Below, in pieces: positions 1 to 13,700 of a stretch of 64,000 bases of DNA. How positions within the stretch are numbered: the first letter of the stretch is position 1; every line of letters begins with the position of its first letter. A model generated the notes under the pieces. The model worked only from the letters and a program-made list of their open reading frames with translations. It was not told the DNA's origin and made no database searches. The translations under genes and the position numbers were made by a program. Source of the stretch: Heterodontus francisci (lineage: Eukaryota); the NCBI RefSeq assembly GCF_036365525.1, contig NC_090376.1, forward strand, positions 43,519,075 to 43,583,074. Reading direction: 5' to 3'.

Positions 1-1514
1 GAGGGAAGTGAGGGTGGAAATCGCGGAGACACTAGCCATGATTTTTCAGTCTTCCTTAGACTCAGGGGTGGTGCCAGAGGACTGGAGAATTGCAAACGTT
101 ACACCCTTGTTCAGAAAAGGGTGTAAAGATAAGCCCAGCAACTACAGGCCAGTCAGTTTAACTTCGGTGGTGGGGAAACTTCTAGAAAAAATAATTCGGG
201 ACAAAATTAATAGCTGCATGGACATATGCATGTTAATTAAGGAAAGCCAGCATGGATTTCTTAAGGGAAAATCATGTTAAAGTAACTTTCTGGAGTTTTT
301 TGAGGAGGTAACAGAGAGGGTTGATGACGGCAATGCTGTTGTAGTGGTGTACGTGGACTTTCAAAAGGCGTTTGATACAGTGCCACACAACAGACTTGTG
401 AGCAAACTTGTAGCTCATGGAATCAAAGGGACAGTAGCAACATGGATACGGAATTGGCTGAGTGACAGGAAACAAAGAGTAATGGTTAATGGATGTTTTT
501 TGGGCTGGAGGAAGGTTTGTAGTGGAGTTCCCCGGGGGTCAGTGTTGGGACCCTTGCTTTTCCTGATATATATTAATGACCTAGACCTTGGTGTACAGGG
601 CATAATTTCAAAGTTTGCAGATGATACAAAACTTGGAAGCATTGTGAACTGTGAAGAGGATAGTGTAGAACTCCAAAAGGACAAAGGCAAGTTGGTGGAA
701 TGGGCAGACAGGTGGCAGATGAAGTTCAATGCAGAGAAATTTTGGTAGGAAGAACATGGAGAGACAATATAAAATAAAGGATACAATTCTAAAGGGGATG
801 CAGAAGCAGAGGGATCTGGGTGTATATGTGCATAAGTCATTGAAGGTGGCAGGGCAGGTTGAACGAGTGGTTAATAAAGCATACAGGATCCTGGGCTTTA
901 TTAATAGGGGCATGGAGTACAAGAGTAAGGAAGTTATGTTGAACTTGTATAAGACACGAACCTCAACTAGAGTATTGCGTCTAGTTCTGGGCACCGCACT
1001 TTAGGAAAGTCGTGAGGGCATTGGAGAGAGTACAGAAAAGATTCACGAGAATGGTTCCAGCAATGACGAACTTCAGTTATGAAGATAGATTGGAGAAGTT
1101 AGGACTGTTTTCCTTGGAGAAGAGAAGGCTGAGAGGTGATTTGATAGAGGTATTCAAAATCATGAGGGGTCTGGACAGAGTAGATAGAGAGAAACTGTTC
1201 CTACTCGTGAAAGGATCGAGAACGAGAGGGCACAGATTTAAAGTATTTGGTAAGAAAAACAAAAGTGACATGAGGAAAAACTTTTTCGTGCAGATAATGG
1301 TTAAGGTCTGGAATGCACTGCCTGAGAGTGTGGTGGAGGCAGGTTCAATTAAAGCATTCAAAAGGGAATTCGACTGTTATATGAAAAGGAAGAATGTGCA
1401 GGGTTATGGGGAGAAGGCAGGGGAATGGAACTGAATAAATTGCTGTTTCGGAGAGCTAGTGCAGACACGATGGTCTGAATGGCCTCCTTCTGCACTGTAA
1501 CGATTCTGTGACTC
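1..1514 (+). mobile_element. CR1 LINE, 3' part of ORF2 (RT) and 3' tail, degenerate; continues upstream of window
   Basis: ORFs 8-280, 344-748, 729-1004, 1012-1434 give PEDWRIANVTPLF, NYRPVSLTSV, DFQKAFD, GVPRGSVLGP, SKFADD, RRLRGDLIEVFK across stops and frameshifts; CR1 tail at ~1470-1514. Confidence 0.95.
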
Positions 1515-3264
1515 CACACAAAGGTTTACTTCCAAATATTTTTAAAAACTTACATTTTGTTGGCAGCCGCAGGGGTTGTTTTCCATTCATTTCAGTGGAA
1601 AAGAAAATTGTGTGAGGTGTGAAACAGACTGTTGATTCACTGCCCCCCGCCCCCCAAGTTCTTTGGTACTGCTCAAGACCAACTTCTCCCATTATATTTA
1701 CTGTATGCACATGGCAAATATTAACATGTTATCTGAAGGGCTCTTGGAATGGTTGCAAATTCAGGTTTAGGTTCCAGGTCTGCTCTGCATATTTGTTCCC
1801 AATTCCAGCTCTGTTGAGTGGTTAGTCACCATGCTAAGGTTGAAGTGAAGAATGAAAACCAGGTCAGAGAGGTGGGGAGCTACAGAGAATGCTTTAGCTG
1901 AGCGCATGTCGTTTTGGATGCTAGTATCAGGCCAGGCAGATGAAGAAAAGGGTTTGGGAGGATGCCATGGGAAATCGCGGCCAGGATGTCAGTATTATTG
2001 CTTACTCTTTTATTAGTAACTCCTGCAAACAAGTCCTCAATATTTGGATACCACTATCTTTATCCATACAGTTCAAAGGCATGGACAACATATGATGCAC
2101 AGTACAAACATATTTGATAACAATAGTAAGCAATTCGTGTTCTAAAATAAGGTCCTTAACATTGATGTGAAAAATATCCAAATTTCTGCAATATAGCTAG
2201 ACCCTGAACCTTCTCAGGTCACAATCCTGGTGGTTATGCTAGGATCACATCCATCAGTGTCCTCTAGCACTGACCCCTCCAGACATTATGGGGTCAGTGG
2301 GAGTGGACCTAATTTACATGGGGTAGGCAGACACAAGTGCCACCATGTACATCTCCAGCACACATCTGCACTATGGACTGCTACTGAAAGTTCCAACACC
2401 TGTCTGTCCAGGCCCCCTTTGACCCTGGCCATGTTCCCCCCTTGGTCCCTACGTATAGGGGCTGATCAGTAATTTTCTTAAAATTGTTCCCCTTTTATGG
2501 GTATCCAGGCTGGACCACACTGGTGGAGGCCCACTTCAGTCTAACTGTAGGATGGTATGCGTCAACTCACTTGGTGTACTGGCCTCCAGAGATACCCTGT
2601 GTCCTGATTGTGCTCAGCTAGCAAGAACCCTCGGTTTAGCGTACCCCTGTCTCAGCTCTGTCCCTCCCCCACCCTTTTCTCCATGTAAGAGAGGAACAGA
2701 AATGTAGCATTGCATAGCCATTCCCTCCCAGATTGCAGGTCCCTAATTTAAAAAATAATATATAAGCCAATTTTTGTTTAATATCTTCTAAAGCAAATAG
2801 TTGGCTTCTCAATCAGATGCCTTGGGTTTTGCAGGATATCTGAGATTGAGCACTGAAATATGGTTTCTCTGCTTAGTTTTGGAACCCAGAATCCACTCCA
2901 GTTCCACTTCAAGAGTTGAGCAGCTGAGGATGCTGAGTGTAAAAGTGGAAGGAGGAAGCTTCTATGTATCAGAGCCTAGCCTCAGAAACATAAGGGACCA
3001 TAAAATACATTGAAATACATTTAAAGTAAGAATAGTTTTTAGATGTTGAAGTGCTGATTGAATTTGTGATGCAGGCAGAGGGCCTGTCTAGCCAGTTGTG
3101 CATTCTGTCAAATCATAGGGGGGATACTCAGTTTGCTGATGGGTGCAAATGGCAGACAAGGCTTCCTGAAATGCAAACTTGAGGAATTACTCCATGTCTT
3201 ATCCACGAGTATTATTTAAAAGAGTTACATTTGATTGATGTTGTGCCTTATTTTCTATACACAG

Positions 3265-3353
3265 GTCCTTTGATGGTGATTGTTGAATACTGTAAATATG
3301 GAAATCTCTCCAACTACCTCAAGAGAAAGAGGAATAACTTTATGCTGCACAAG
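3265..3353 (+). CDS. FLT1: VEGFR1-like exon, kinase N-lobe/hinge
   Basis: acag|GT..AAG|gt, 89 nt; (G)[29 protein letters not shown] vs recalled human FLT1 [23 protein letters not shown]. Confidence 0.88.
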
Positions 3354-4495
3354 GTGACTGCACCTTAAAAGTCTTTTTTTAATACTGAATTATTGAGATT
3401 CCAGCTGAATTAATGTTATGAATGAAAAATCGATGTCCATGGGCAGTATTTTCATTCTCAGCAGTGCAATTCTCCGTAATGCATCTGTTTCTGGGTTGCC
3501 ACTTATCAGCAATTTTAAAACTTAAAATATGACAACAAAAAGCGACTGAGGGCCAATAGTAAATATTGAAAATTGACTGATTCTAATTTCTTTTCTATTC
3601 AGCACCTGTTATTGGTATGATTAGGAATTCACCACACGGAGAATCACGTGGAAGGACTTGTGTCCTACCACTTTGAAGCACAGGCCTAGAAATTTGTTTA
3701 AGCAGCTTTCAGGCATCTCATTGTCACATGGAACAATCCTGCATCCAAAGGTAGAGGCATGTGGATTGCGAGAAATGGGTCCTCAGGCCTAAATAATTGA
3801 GGGCCCGGTCACTGCTGGCTGCAGCTGTCATGTGTGTTGTGGAGCCACGAGGAGCACTCCTGCTCCCTCTGGCTCCACGTTAATTCAAGACAAAAATGAT
3901 ACTCATCATCTCAGTGGCAGTTGCTAGCTAGGCCACATTCACATCTAGAAAACCTGAGCAGTACATGCCTTATGCCTGTTCCACTCAAGGTAGCCTAAAT
4001 TCTTTGAGTGATCCTAAAACAGATATCAGGCCACCTTTAGTATATATAAGGGGCTAAATGCCTGTTCCAGGTGGCTTCCTTGAACGCCTCAAAAATGATC
4101 CGAAATTGGGTCTCATTCACACTCATGTTCTGTGCTGTCCACAACTAGAAATGCTTCAGCGGTGCTGAAAAACAACTAATATTACCATAATAGATCGAGT
4201 TGTTTATCAGGTAAAATTATGTGGTTGGTTGCATATAGTATCGACTTTTTGGAAACTGCATTTTCCTTCCTAATGTGAGATCTTTTCAGTAAGTTTAGTA
4301 CTGGCATCACTGAAGGAGTTAGTTCTCGATTTAACTGCTTCTCTTGGCTTAGTAGTGAGATGCCATGTCTAAGGAGGGATGGGGATGGGTAAACCACACT
4401 AAAATGTAAGACGTTCACTTTAATCAAGTGCTGCTGTGTATTTTCAAAACATATTGTTTTTACAAGTTTTCTTCCTGTGTTCTATCTGTGTGTAG

Positions 4496-4646
4496 GAAAC
4501 TACACTGCAGGCAGATCCAATTCAAGAAAAGGCCTCAATGGAGGGTAAAAAGAAAAGGCTGGCTAGTGTCACCAGCTCTGAGAGTTCCACTAGCTCTGGG
4601 TTTGATGAAGATAAAACTCTAAGTGATGTTGAAGAGGAAGAGGAGG
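4496..4646 (+). CDS. FLT1: VEGFR1-like exon, kinase insert
   Basis: tgtag|GAA..G|gtaag, 151 nt; ETTLQADPIQEKASMEGKKKRLASVTSSESSTSSGFDEDKTLSDVEEEEE vs FLT1 GKKPRLDSVTSSESFASSGFQEDKSLSDVEEEED. Confidence 0.88.
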
Positions 4647-5061
4647 GTAAGAACTGATTCCTTCCTGATTTCTTCCTGATTTACAGCCTTCAAAGTTATT
4701 TTTACACCAGACTGAGTATCTTTGATGTCCTTGCTGATTATCTATGTAATAAACATCCGTGGGATATTCTTAATAGGAGGAGGCACACCTTTCAAGTTTG
4801 GAAAGGAATAAAAATACATAGTGTAGCATGAATGACAATTATAGTTCTTATCAGTCTCTCACTAGGTTTTCAGAACAGTAGGGAGGAAACCTCACATTAT
4901 TTTGTCACTAATTATCTGTGCAAGGTGAAAAGGTTTTGCAGGGAGTTAGCAAACATAGCAGGAAGAAAAAGAGAACATCATCAGTAGTTGTAGCTTTAGT
5001 GCTGTCTTATTCTGGCTGGAGTTTCACTAAATGATTATTGAAATTTTACCACAGTAAGGCA

Positions 5062-7225
5062 CTTCTTAGGCAGTCCCTCGGGAATGAGGATGATTTTCTT
5101 CAACTCCAGGGTGTGGGTCCTGAGGTGACTGAATAGTCCAATTCTGGATCTGCACAATGCCATAGGTAGGGCAGGTGGTGTTTGGTGAGGCGAGTTGAAT
5201 GGGATGCTAGAAATTCCATGCGCTCCTTCCGCTGTTTGCACTTGGTCGCTGCCTGAGCATGTCAACATTGTTCGAACTGTCTGGCACTGTCGCAGATGCT
5301 TCTTCTCCATTTTGGGTGGGCTTGGACAAGAGATTCCCACAAATCGGTAGCAATGTCACATTTTTTCAGGGAGGCTTTAAGGACGTCCTTGTCGTGTTTC
5401 CTCTGCCCTCCTGGTAGCCTCTTGCTATGATGGAGCTTGGAGTAGAAAGCTTGTTTTGGGAGTCTTGTTCAGGCATGCGGACAATGCAACCTGCCCAGCG
5501 CGACTGACTAGCCATGACCAGTGTCTCGATACTGGGGGTGTTGGCCCGAGAGAGGATACTGATATTGGAGTGCCTGTCCTGCCACTAAATTTGCAGGATC
5601 TTGCGGAGGCACCGCTGGTGCTATCTCTCCAGGCTTTGAGATGTCTGCTGTACAGTGTCCATGTTTCCGACGCATATGGGAGGGCAGGTAACACTGTGGC
5701 CCTGTAGACCATGAGCTTGGTGCCAAGTTTGAGGTCTTTGTCATCAAACACTCTTTTCCCCAGATGACTGAAGCCTGCGCTGGCACACTGGAGCGATGCT
5801 GAGTTTCATCGTCGATGTCTGCCTTTGCTGAGAGGAGGCTCCGAAGATATGGGAAGTGATCAACATTGTCCTGTGGTTCGCCATTGATCTTGATAGTCAG
5901 GGGGCAGTGTTGCACTGCGGGAGCAGGCTGATAGAGGATCTTTGTCTTCCGAATGTTTAACTTAAGGCCCATTCTTTCATACGCTTCCATGAATGCATTG
6001 ACAAGGGTTTGAAGCTTGGCCTCTGAGTGTGCACATACGCAAGCATCGTTAGCATACTGCAGCTCAATGACAGAGGTTGGAGTGGCCTTGGTTCTGGACT
6101 GGAGGCAATGTAGGTTAAATAGTTTGCCGCTCGTCCTGTAGAGTAGATCTACTCTAGCAGGGAGCTTCAAGGAGATGAGGTGGTGTGTTGCAGTGAGGAA
6201 GATGGAAAAGAGCATTAGTGCGATGACACAGCCTTGCTTGACCCCAGTTTGCACGCGGTTTGGGTCAGTGGCAGATCCGTTGGCAAGGATTACAGCTTGC
6301 ATGTTGCCATGCAGCAGGTGGAAGTTGGTGACGAATTTCTCCGGGCAGCTAAATTTGAGCAGGATGTTCCATAATCCCTCCCAGTTGATAAGAGTCGAAG
6401 GCTTTTATGTGATAAAGGAAGGACATGTATAAGGGTTGCTGCTGCTTCCTATATTTTTCTTGGAGTTGTCTTGCTGTGACAATCATGTCCACTGTGCCTC
6501 TTGATGGACGGAATCCACATTGTGATTCCAGTAGGAGCTCTTCAGCCACAGGGAGGAGGCGGTTGAGAAGGACTCTGGCGATGACCTTCCCTGTGGCGGA
6601 CAGCAGGAATACTCCTCTGTAGTTACCACAGTCGGTCTTGTCGCCTTTTTTGAAGATGGCCCCAATTATGGTGTCTCGGAGATCCCCTGGCACGCTCTCC
6701 TCCTTCCAGATGAGGGAGATGAGACCATGTATTTGTGTCAAGAGTGCCTCGCCAGCGTATTTTAGAATTTTGGCGGGAATCCCGTCTACACCAGCAGCCT
6801 TATTTTTTTTAGCTGCCCGATGGCCTTTGCGATCTCGTGTTGGGCTGGGGTTGTGCTGAGGTCGTGACGGGTAGCATGCTGTGGAATATGGTCGACGGCG
6901 CTCGCATCGAGGTCTGAGCCGCGATTGAGAAGATCTTCAAAGTGCTCCTTCCAATGAGTGCTGACTGCCTCTCTGGCCTTGATCAGCGCCACTCCATTCT
7001 TTGCTCTCAGTGGGGTAGGTCCTTGGGTACTTGGACCGTAAATGGTCTTGACTGCACTGAAGAATCAACGCATGTTGTGGCTGTTAGTGAGTTGCTGTAC
7101 GTCCTGTGCTCTTTCAGCCCACCACCTGCTCTTTAGGTCATGGTTTTTTGTTGAACCTGCTTTGTCTATATAGCTGCTTTTTTTCCCTCGAATTTTGGTG
7201 ATGCTTCCAGTTCAGGAACGTTCTA
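5062..7225 (-). mobile_element. RTE-clade LINE, 5'-truncated and frameshifted
   Basis: Minus ORFs with WKEHFEDLLN, IFKKGDKTDCGNYRG, GVKQGCVIA, LQYAND, KLMVYRATVLPALPYASETW, SRIGLFSHLRTH; 3' end GAGGGACTGCCTAAGAAG. Confidence 0.9.
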
Positions 7226-7599
7226 GCTTGTCAGTGATGACAACATACTGGGAAAATTCAGATGGGGATCTTCATTGGGTCCACCAAAATATACACAGTA
7301 ATTTATGCTTCCTAAGTCACACATGATCATTGCAAATCTCTACAGTTTTTGAGAAAACGGGTGTTTCAGCTAAATTGCACTATTTGTATCAAAAGACAGC
7401 AGGGAGATAATGAGTGTTCAAACTCCGGTGATATCTGGCATCGCAGAAAAGAGTATTATACGTGATCACAGTGAAAAGGTGATATTGATTGCCAAACATT
7501 GCTAATTACTGCTCGCTTTCATATGTGAGCCTAAGGCAGTGAGTGTCACAGGTCTAGATGGTTAAAATATGACACTCACTGCTTAGGCTCACACATGAA

Positions 7600-8820
7600 G
7601 AATGGTTTGCAAGCATGACCCTGAGCTTCTGGCCGCTTGCCACTTTGATTCTCCATCCCACTCCCACTCCGACCTCTCCGGCCTCCTCCTCCTGCACTGT
7701 TCCAATACAATTCAACCCCAGTTGAAGGAACAACACCTTGGGTTAAAATTTATAATCTCGCTGCCAAAATGGGCGGCGGGTGAAAACAATGCGAGCTGCA
7801 CATCGTGGAGCTGCCGCAATATTAAGTGCGGCAGCTCATTTAAATAGCTGGGGCAGACCGCCACCCCCCCCACCCGATGACACGGAGTGGGCAGGCTGTC
7901 CGTCCCGGCAATGGCATCAGCTGCCTATGCGCAGGTGTTGACGCCATTTTTAAAGGGCTTCGCACCCAACTGTTCCATTTAAATATTTTAAAACATTGAT
8001 GTAAAAAAATTACATTAATTTATTTTGCCCCCTCCCAACCCCCCAATTACCAGAGAATTAATTACTTGTCCTTACCCCCAAAACACTTCCCTTGTCCAGC
8101 TGACCTGTCCCACCCAAGTGCATAAACTTTACACTACATCCCTTCCCACCATCCACCACACCAATAATATGACTTTGACCCTGCTCTCCCCTCCCCGCCC
8201 CCCCGCACTGAGAAACGTACCTGCTCCCCCCTCCCCGCCTATGTTCCCCCTTGGTTCGCCGGACGGGGATCCGAAGGCACGGGAGTGCTGGCGACCGGCA
8301 CATTGATCGCTCTGGACAGGTGGTGGGAGCAAAACAGTAATTAATTTGTTTATATGAATGAATTTAGATATTTAAATTGGGCTCCCGTTGCTGAGTGGTG
8401 GGGGGCCGCCATGAGGTCTCTCCGCCACCGGCAATATCGGGCCGGGCCTTCCCGGTGTCAAGGTCCGTGGCGGGCCTCTCCCAGAGGCATTTTCTGGCCA
8501 CGACCCTCAATGTTGGGGGGGCGGGGGGGAGTCTGTACAATTCAGTCCCTCATCTTTCTGCTAAGCATTTTACAGCCTTCCAGCCTTAACATTGAGTTTA
8601 ACTACTTTAGATCTTAATCACCCATTTTCTCTTGGACATCTTATATCGACATCGCCTGTGGTTCTATCTTTTGTTTCCATTGTTGTCACAATATCAGCTC
8701 TTTTTACCTTGCACCATCATCACTTTTGTCAATTACCACTCCTATCTTCCATCCTTTCACAGATATTTCCCTTTTGTTCTTCCCCTGCCCCCTTTTTATC
8801 TGGCTCTAGACTTGCTTGAA
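7600..8820 (+). mobile_element. Penelope-like element 3' fragment (GIY-YIG endonuclease C-terminus and pyrimidine-rich 3' region), split by MITE 7740-8549
   Basis: HDPELLAACHFDSPSHSHSDLSG..EQHL (7602-7739) joins IFLLSILQPSSLNIEF (8550 onward). Confidence 0.8.
7740..8549. mobile_element. Harbinger-type MITE
   Basis: Termini GGGTTAAAATTT / AATTCAGTCCC; similar to 25125-25979 in the opposite orientation. Confidence 0.7.
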
Positions 8821-8822
8821 AA

Positions 8823-9305
8823 GGCTGCGTTTGCTGACAACTCAGTCTCTAGGTGGTGCAGTACTGGCACATGCACAAATGCAGCTTCATTCACTGAAAA
8901 GTCACTGTCTGCGACGTCTCAGGCAGCTGCCAGTAATAAAGATGGCACTGCTCAATTTGTCACAAAAAGCAAACGCAGCCTTAAACCCAAATCCCCAGTG
9001 GCTGCGATTGCCGCCTCCATCCCACCTCCAACAGTACCTGTGCTCATACAGAACCAAATAACCTCATTGTAAAGCACCTTTCAATTCGCTCTTTGTATGA
9101 TGCTTATTATTCTCACATATTGATTTTGGAAATAAATTCATGTGGCTTATTCGCTTGTACAATTACAGCAGTGCATGTGGATTCTGGGCTATAATATTCA
9201 TATAGAAGCCATTGCGTTTCTCTTTGCCTCTCCCTCCCACATGTGCGCAGATGGGAACACACTGATGACATCGGCACGTGGCTGCGATGTCAGGAGTCAC
9301 TTTGT
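8823..9305 (+). repeat. Unclassified interspersed repeat with terminal inverted repeat and hairpin (copy 1)
   Basis: First ~150 nt and last ~60 nt similar to 54262-55078. Confidence 0.7.
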
Positions 9306-9454
9306 TATTTTTATTATACCCTGTCTTTTCTGTGCAGTGACAAGTTTGTTAATCAGAATAATTCCTTGATTTATAATCTCATTTGTTGAAGGCCAGTTGT
9401 CTGAATAAAGTAAGTGGAAAATGTTTAGGAAAACATCATTTGTATTGGATATTT

Positions 9455-9834
9455 TTATTTATTCATGGGATGTGGGCGTTGCTGGCTAGGCCAGCATTTA
9501 TTACCCATCTCTAATTGCCCTTGAACTGAGTGGCTTGCTAGGCCATTTCAGGAGGCACTTAAGAGTCAGATGTGGGTCCAGAGTCATACGTAGGCCAGAC
9601 CAGGTAAGGAGAGCAGATTTCCTTCCCTAAAGGACACCAGTTGGGTTTTTACAACAATCAACAATGGTTTCATGGCCACCATTAGACTATGTTTTTTTTA
9701 AATTCCGGATTTATTAATTGAATTCAAATTTCACCATCTGCTTTGGTGAGATTCAAACCCATGTCGCCAGAGCATTAGCTAGGGCCTCTGAATTTCTCGT
9801 CCACTGACATTACCACTATGCCACCGCCTCCTCC
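9455..9834 (-). mobile_element. tRNA-derived SINE with tail shared with the LINE family at 14495/41415/59470
   Basis: Minus strand: A-box-like GTGGCATAGTGG, B-box-like GGGTTTGAATCTC; tail GGGCAATTAGAGATGGG..CCCATGAATAA. Confidence 0.75.
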
Positions 9835-10144
9835 TGATGCATGTGAGTTAATTGGGACAGATATACAATAGTAGTGTAGGAAATGGTGACAGAACTGCTG
9901 AAAAGGGATGTCATGGGAAAATGAAAGGTTAATGTTCACTAGAGATACAGGAGAGAATAGTGTCAGAAAGAACACCAATGTCACATGTGAACCACATTGA
10001 ATGGCAAGGAAAGATTTAGTTGAATGCTGTTTGGAACCATCATGTTGAGTAAGTTTAGGGGCATACGCCAAAGGTGTGTTTGAGTTCTTTATGGCAATAC
10101 TGACCCCATGCTCCCTGCTAGATCAACCAACATTACTTAATGCT

Positions 10145-10277
10145 AAAAAATAAAATACTGCAGATGCCTGAAATCTGAAACAAGAACCGAAAATGTTGGA
10201 ACCATCCAACAAGCCAGGCAGTGTCCGTGGGGAAAGGAAAAAAGCTTATGTTTCAGGCATATCCCTTCATCTGAACA
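10145..10277 (-). mobile_element. Degenerate PLE terminal fragment
   Basis: Similar to 29097-29330 unit; decayed CAGATGA..GAAAC core on minus strand. Confidence 0.6.
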
Positions 10278-10551
10278 TTTTGTCAGAATTATTTTTGGTC
10301 ACATCCTGGTTCAAAGGAACAATGGTGTACAATGGAATTGGTGAGGTTTTCCTGCCAGTCTACTGCCTGTTAATATACAATTAACTGCTAATATAGATTT
10401 CTTCAGTTTCCCATATTAACTGAAAATTTACGAGTACTAAAGAGTTAAATCTTATAGCTCTCTATATGGTGACTGCTTTATTACTGAACCATTAATTGCA
10501 GCAACAATCAAATTTAATAGTGCACTCCTTTTTTAAAAAAATAATTTATAG

Positions 10552-10649
10552 ATGCCGATGACTTGTACAAACAACCGATTACCATGGAGGACCTGATCAG
10601 TTACAGTTTCCAGGTGGCCCGAGGCATGGAATTCCTGGCATCAAGAAAG
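10552..10649 (+). CDS. FLT1: VEGFR1-like exon, end of kinase insert
   Basis: tatag|AT..AAG|gt, 98 nt; [33 protein letters not shown], phase-compatible with neighbouring exons. Confidence 0.88.
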
Positions 10650-10785
10650 GTTTGGATACAATGCTAAGTGAAATTCTGAAACTCTGGTTCAGTGAGATTA
10701 GAAATCAATAATCATCTATCATATCTGTCACATTAATGTAAAGACTGGTAAAATATAGCAAAATCCAGAATGTTATAATGAATAT

Positions 10786-13700
10786 TCATTCATAGAACAT
10801 AGAACAGTACAGCACAGTACAGGCCCTTCGGCCCACGATGTTGTGACGACCCTTTAACCTACTCTAAGATCAAACTACCTACATACCCTTCATTCTACTA
10901 TCATCCATGTACCTATCCAAGAGTCGCTTAAATGTCCCTAATGTATCTGCTTCTACTACCACCGCTGGCAGTGCATTCCACGCACCCCACCACTCTCTGT
11001 GTAAAGAACCTACCGCTGACATCTCCCCTAAACCTTCCTCCAATCACCTTAAAATTATGCCCCCTGGTGATAGCCCTTTCCACCCTGGGAAAAAGTCTCT
11101 GGCTATCCACTCTATCTATGCCTCTCATCATCTTTTACACCTCTATCAAGTCACCTCTCATCCTTCTTCGCTCCAATGAGAAAAGTCCTAGCTCCCTCAA
11201 CCTTTCTTCATAAAACATGCCCTCCAGTCCAGGCAGCATGTTGGTAAATCTCCTCTGCACCCTCTCTAAAGCTTCCACATCCTTCCTATAAAGAGACGAC
11301 CAGAACTGAACACAATATTCCAAGTGTGGTCTAACCAGGGCTTTATAGAGCTGCAGCATAACCTCGCGGCTCTTAAACTCAATCCCCCTGTTAATGAAAG
11401 CCAACACCCCATACGCCTTCTTAACAACCCTATCAACTTGGGTGGCAACTTTGAGGGATCTATGGACGTGGACCCCAAGATCCCTCTGTTCCTCCACACT
11501 GTCAAGAATCCTGTCTTTAAGCCTGTATTCTGCATTCAAATTCGACCTTCCAAAATGAATCACTTCACACTTTTCCAGGTTGAACTCCATCTGCCACTTC
11601 TCAGCCCAGCTCTGCATCCTGTCAATGTCCCGTTGCAACCTACAACAGCCCTCCACACTATCCACAACTCCAGCAACCTTTGTGTCATCGGCAAACTTAC
11701 TAACCCAGCCTTCCACTTCCTCATCCAAGTTATTTATAAAAATCACAAAGAGCAGAGGTCCCAGAACAGATCCTTGTGGAACACCACTGGTCACCCAGCT
11801 CCATGCTGAATACTTTCCATCTACTACCACCCTCTGTCTTCTATGGGCCAGCCAATTCTGTATCCAGACAGCCAGATTTCCCTGTATTCCATGTGTCCTT
11901 ACTTTCTGAATGAGCCTTCTATGGGGAACCTTATCAAACGCCTTGCTAAAATCCATATACACCACATCCACTGCTCTTCCTTCATCAATGTGTTTTGTCA
12001 CATCCTCAAAGAATTCAGTAAGGCTTGTGAGGCATGACCTGCCCCTCACAAAGCCTTGCTGACTATCTCTAATCAAACTATGCTTTTCCAAATAATCATA
12101 AATCCTGTCTCTCAGAATCCTCTCCAATAATTTGCCCACCACCGATGTAAGACTGACTGGTCTGTAATTCCCAGGGTTATCCCTATTCCCTTTCTTGAAC
12201 AAGGGAATAACATTTGCCACTCTCCAATCATCTGGTACTACTCCAGTGGACAGTGAGGACGCAAAGATCATCGCCAAAGGTGCGGCAATCTCTTCTCTCG
12301 CTTCCCGTAATAACCTTGGGTATATCCCGTCTGGCCCCGGGGACCTATCTATCCTCATGTCTTTCAAAATTTCCAGCACATCCTCCTCCTTAACATCAAC
12401 CTGTTCAAGCATATCAGCCTGTTTCTCGCTGTCCTCACAAACGTCTGGGTCCCTCTCATTAGTGAATACTGAAGAAAAATATCCATTTAGGATCTCTCCT
12501 ACCTCCTCCGACTCCAGGCACAAGTTCCCTCCACTATCCCTGATCGGCCCTACCCTCACTCTGGCCATCCTCTTGTTCCTCACATAAGTATAGAACGCCT
12601 TGGGATTTTCCTTAATCCTACCCGCCAAGACTTTTTCATGTCCCCTTCTAGCTCTCCTAAGTCCATTCTTCAGTTCCTTCCTGGCTACCTTGTAACCCTC
12701 TAGAGCCCTTTCTGCTCCTTGCTTCCTCAACCTTAAGTAAGCTTCCTTCTTCCTCTTGACTAGCTGTTCCACGTCTCTTGTCATCCAAGGTTCCTTCACC
12801 CTACCATCCCTTCCTTGCCTCATCGGGACAAACCTATCCAGCAGTCGCAGCAAGTGCTCCCTAAACAACCTCCACATTTCTGTCGTGCATTTCCCTGAGA
12901 ACATTTGTTCCCAATTTAAGCTCCCCAGTTCCTGCCTAATAGCATGGTAATTCCCCCTCCCCCAATTAAATATTTTCCCATCCCGTCTGCTCCTATCCCT
13001 CTCCATGACTATAGTAAAGGTCAGGGAGTTGTGATCACTATCACCGAAATGCTCTCCCACTGAGAGATCTGCCACCTGGCCTGGTTCGTTGCCAAGCACC
13101 AAATCCAATATAGCTTCCCCTCTAGTCGGCCTATCTACATATTGAGTCAGGAAACCTTCCTGGACACACCTGACAAAATCTGCTCCATCCAAACTATTTG
13201 CACTAAGGAGGTTCCAATCAATATTAGGGAAGTTGAAGTCACCCAGGACAACAACCCTGTTACTTCTGCACCTTTCCAAACTCTGCCTCCCAATCTGTTC
13301 CCCCGTGTCTCTGTTGCTATTGGGGGGTCTATAGAAAACTCCCAATAAAGTGACTGCTCCTTTCCTGTTTCTGACTTCCACCCATACTGACTCAGTAGAC
13401 AAACCCTCCTCGACGACCTCCCTTTCTGCAGCTGTGATACTATCCCTGATTAGCAATGCCACTCCCCCACCTCTTTTACCTCCCTCCCTATTCCTTTTGA
13501 AACATCTAAACCCCGGAACATCCAACATCCATTCCTGCCCCTGTGATATCCAAGTCTTCGTAATGGCCACAACATCGTAGCTCCAAGTACTGATCCATGC
13601 TTTAAGTTCATAACCCTTATTCCTGACACTTCTTGCGTTAAAATAGACACACTTCAACCCATCATACTGGCTGCAACTTTGCCCTGTCAACTGTCTAACC

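Noticed and set aside
11324-13580. Several plus-strand ORFs opposite CR1 ORF2
   Set aside because: Antisense shadows of the intact RT frame
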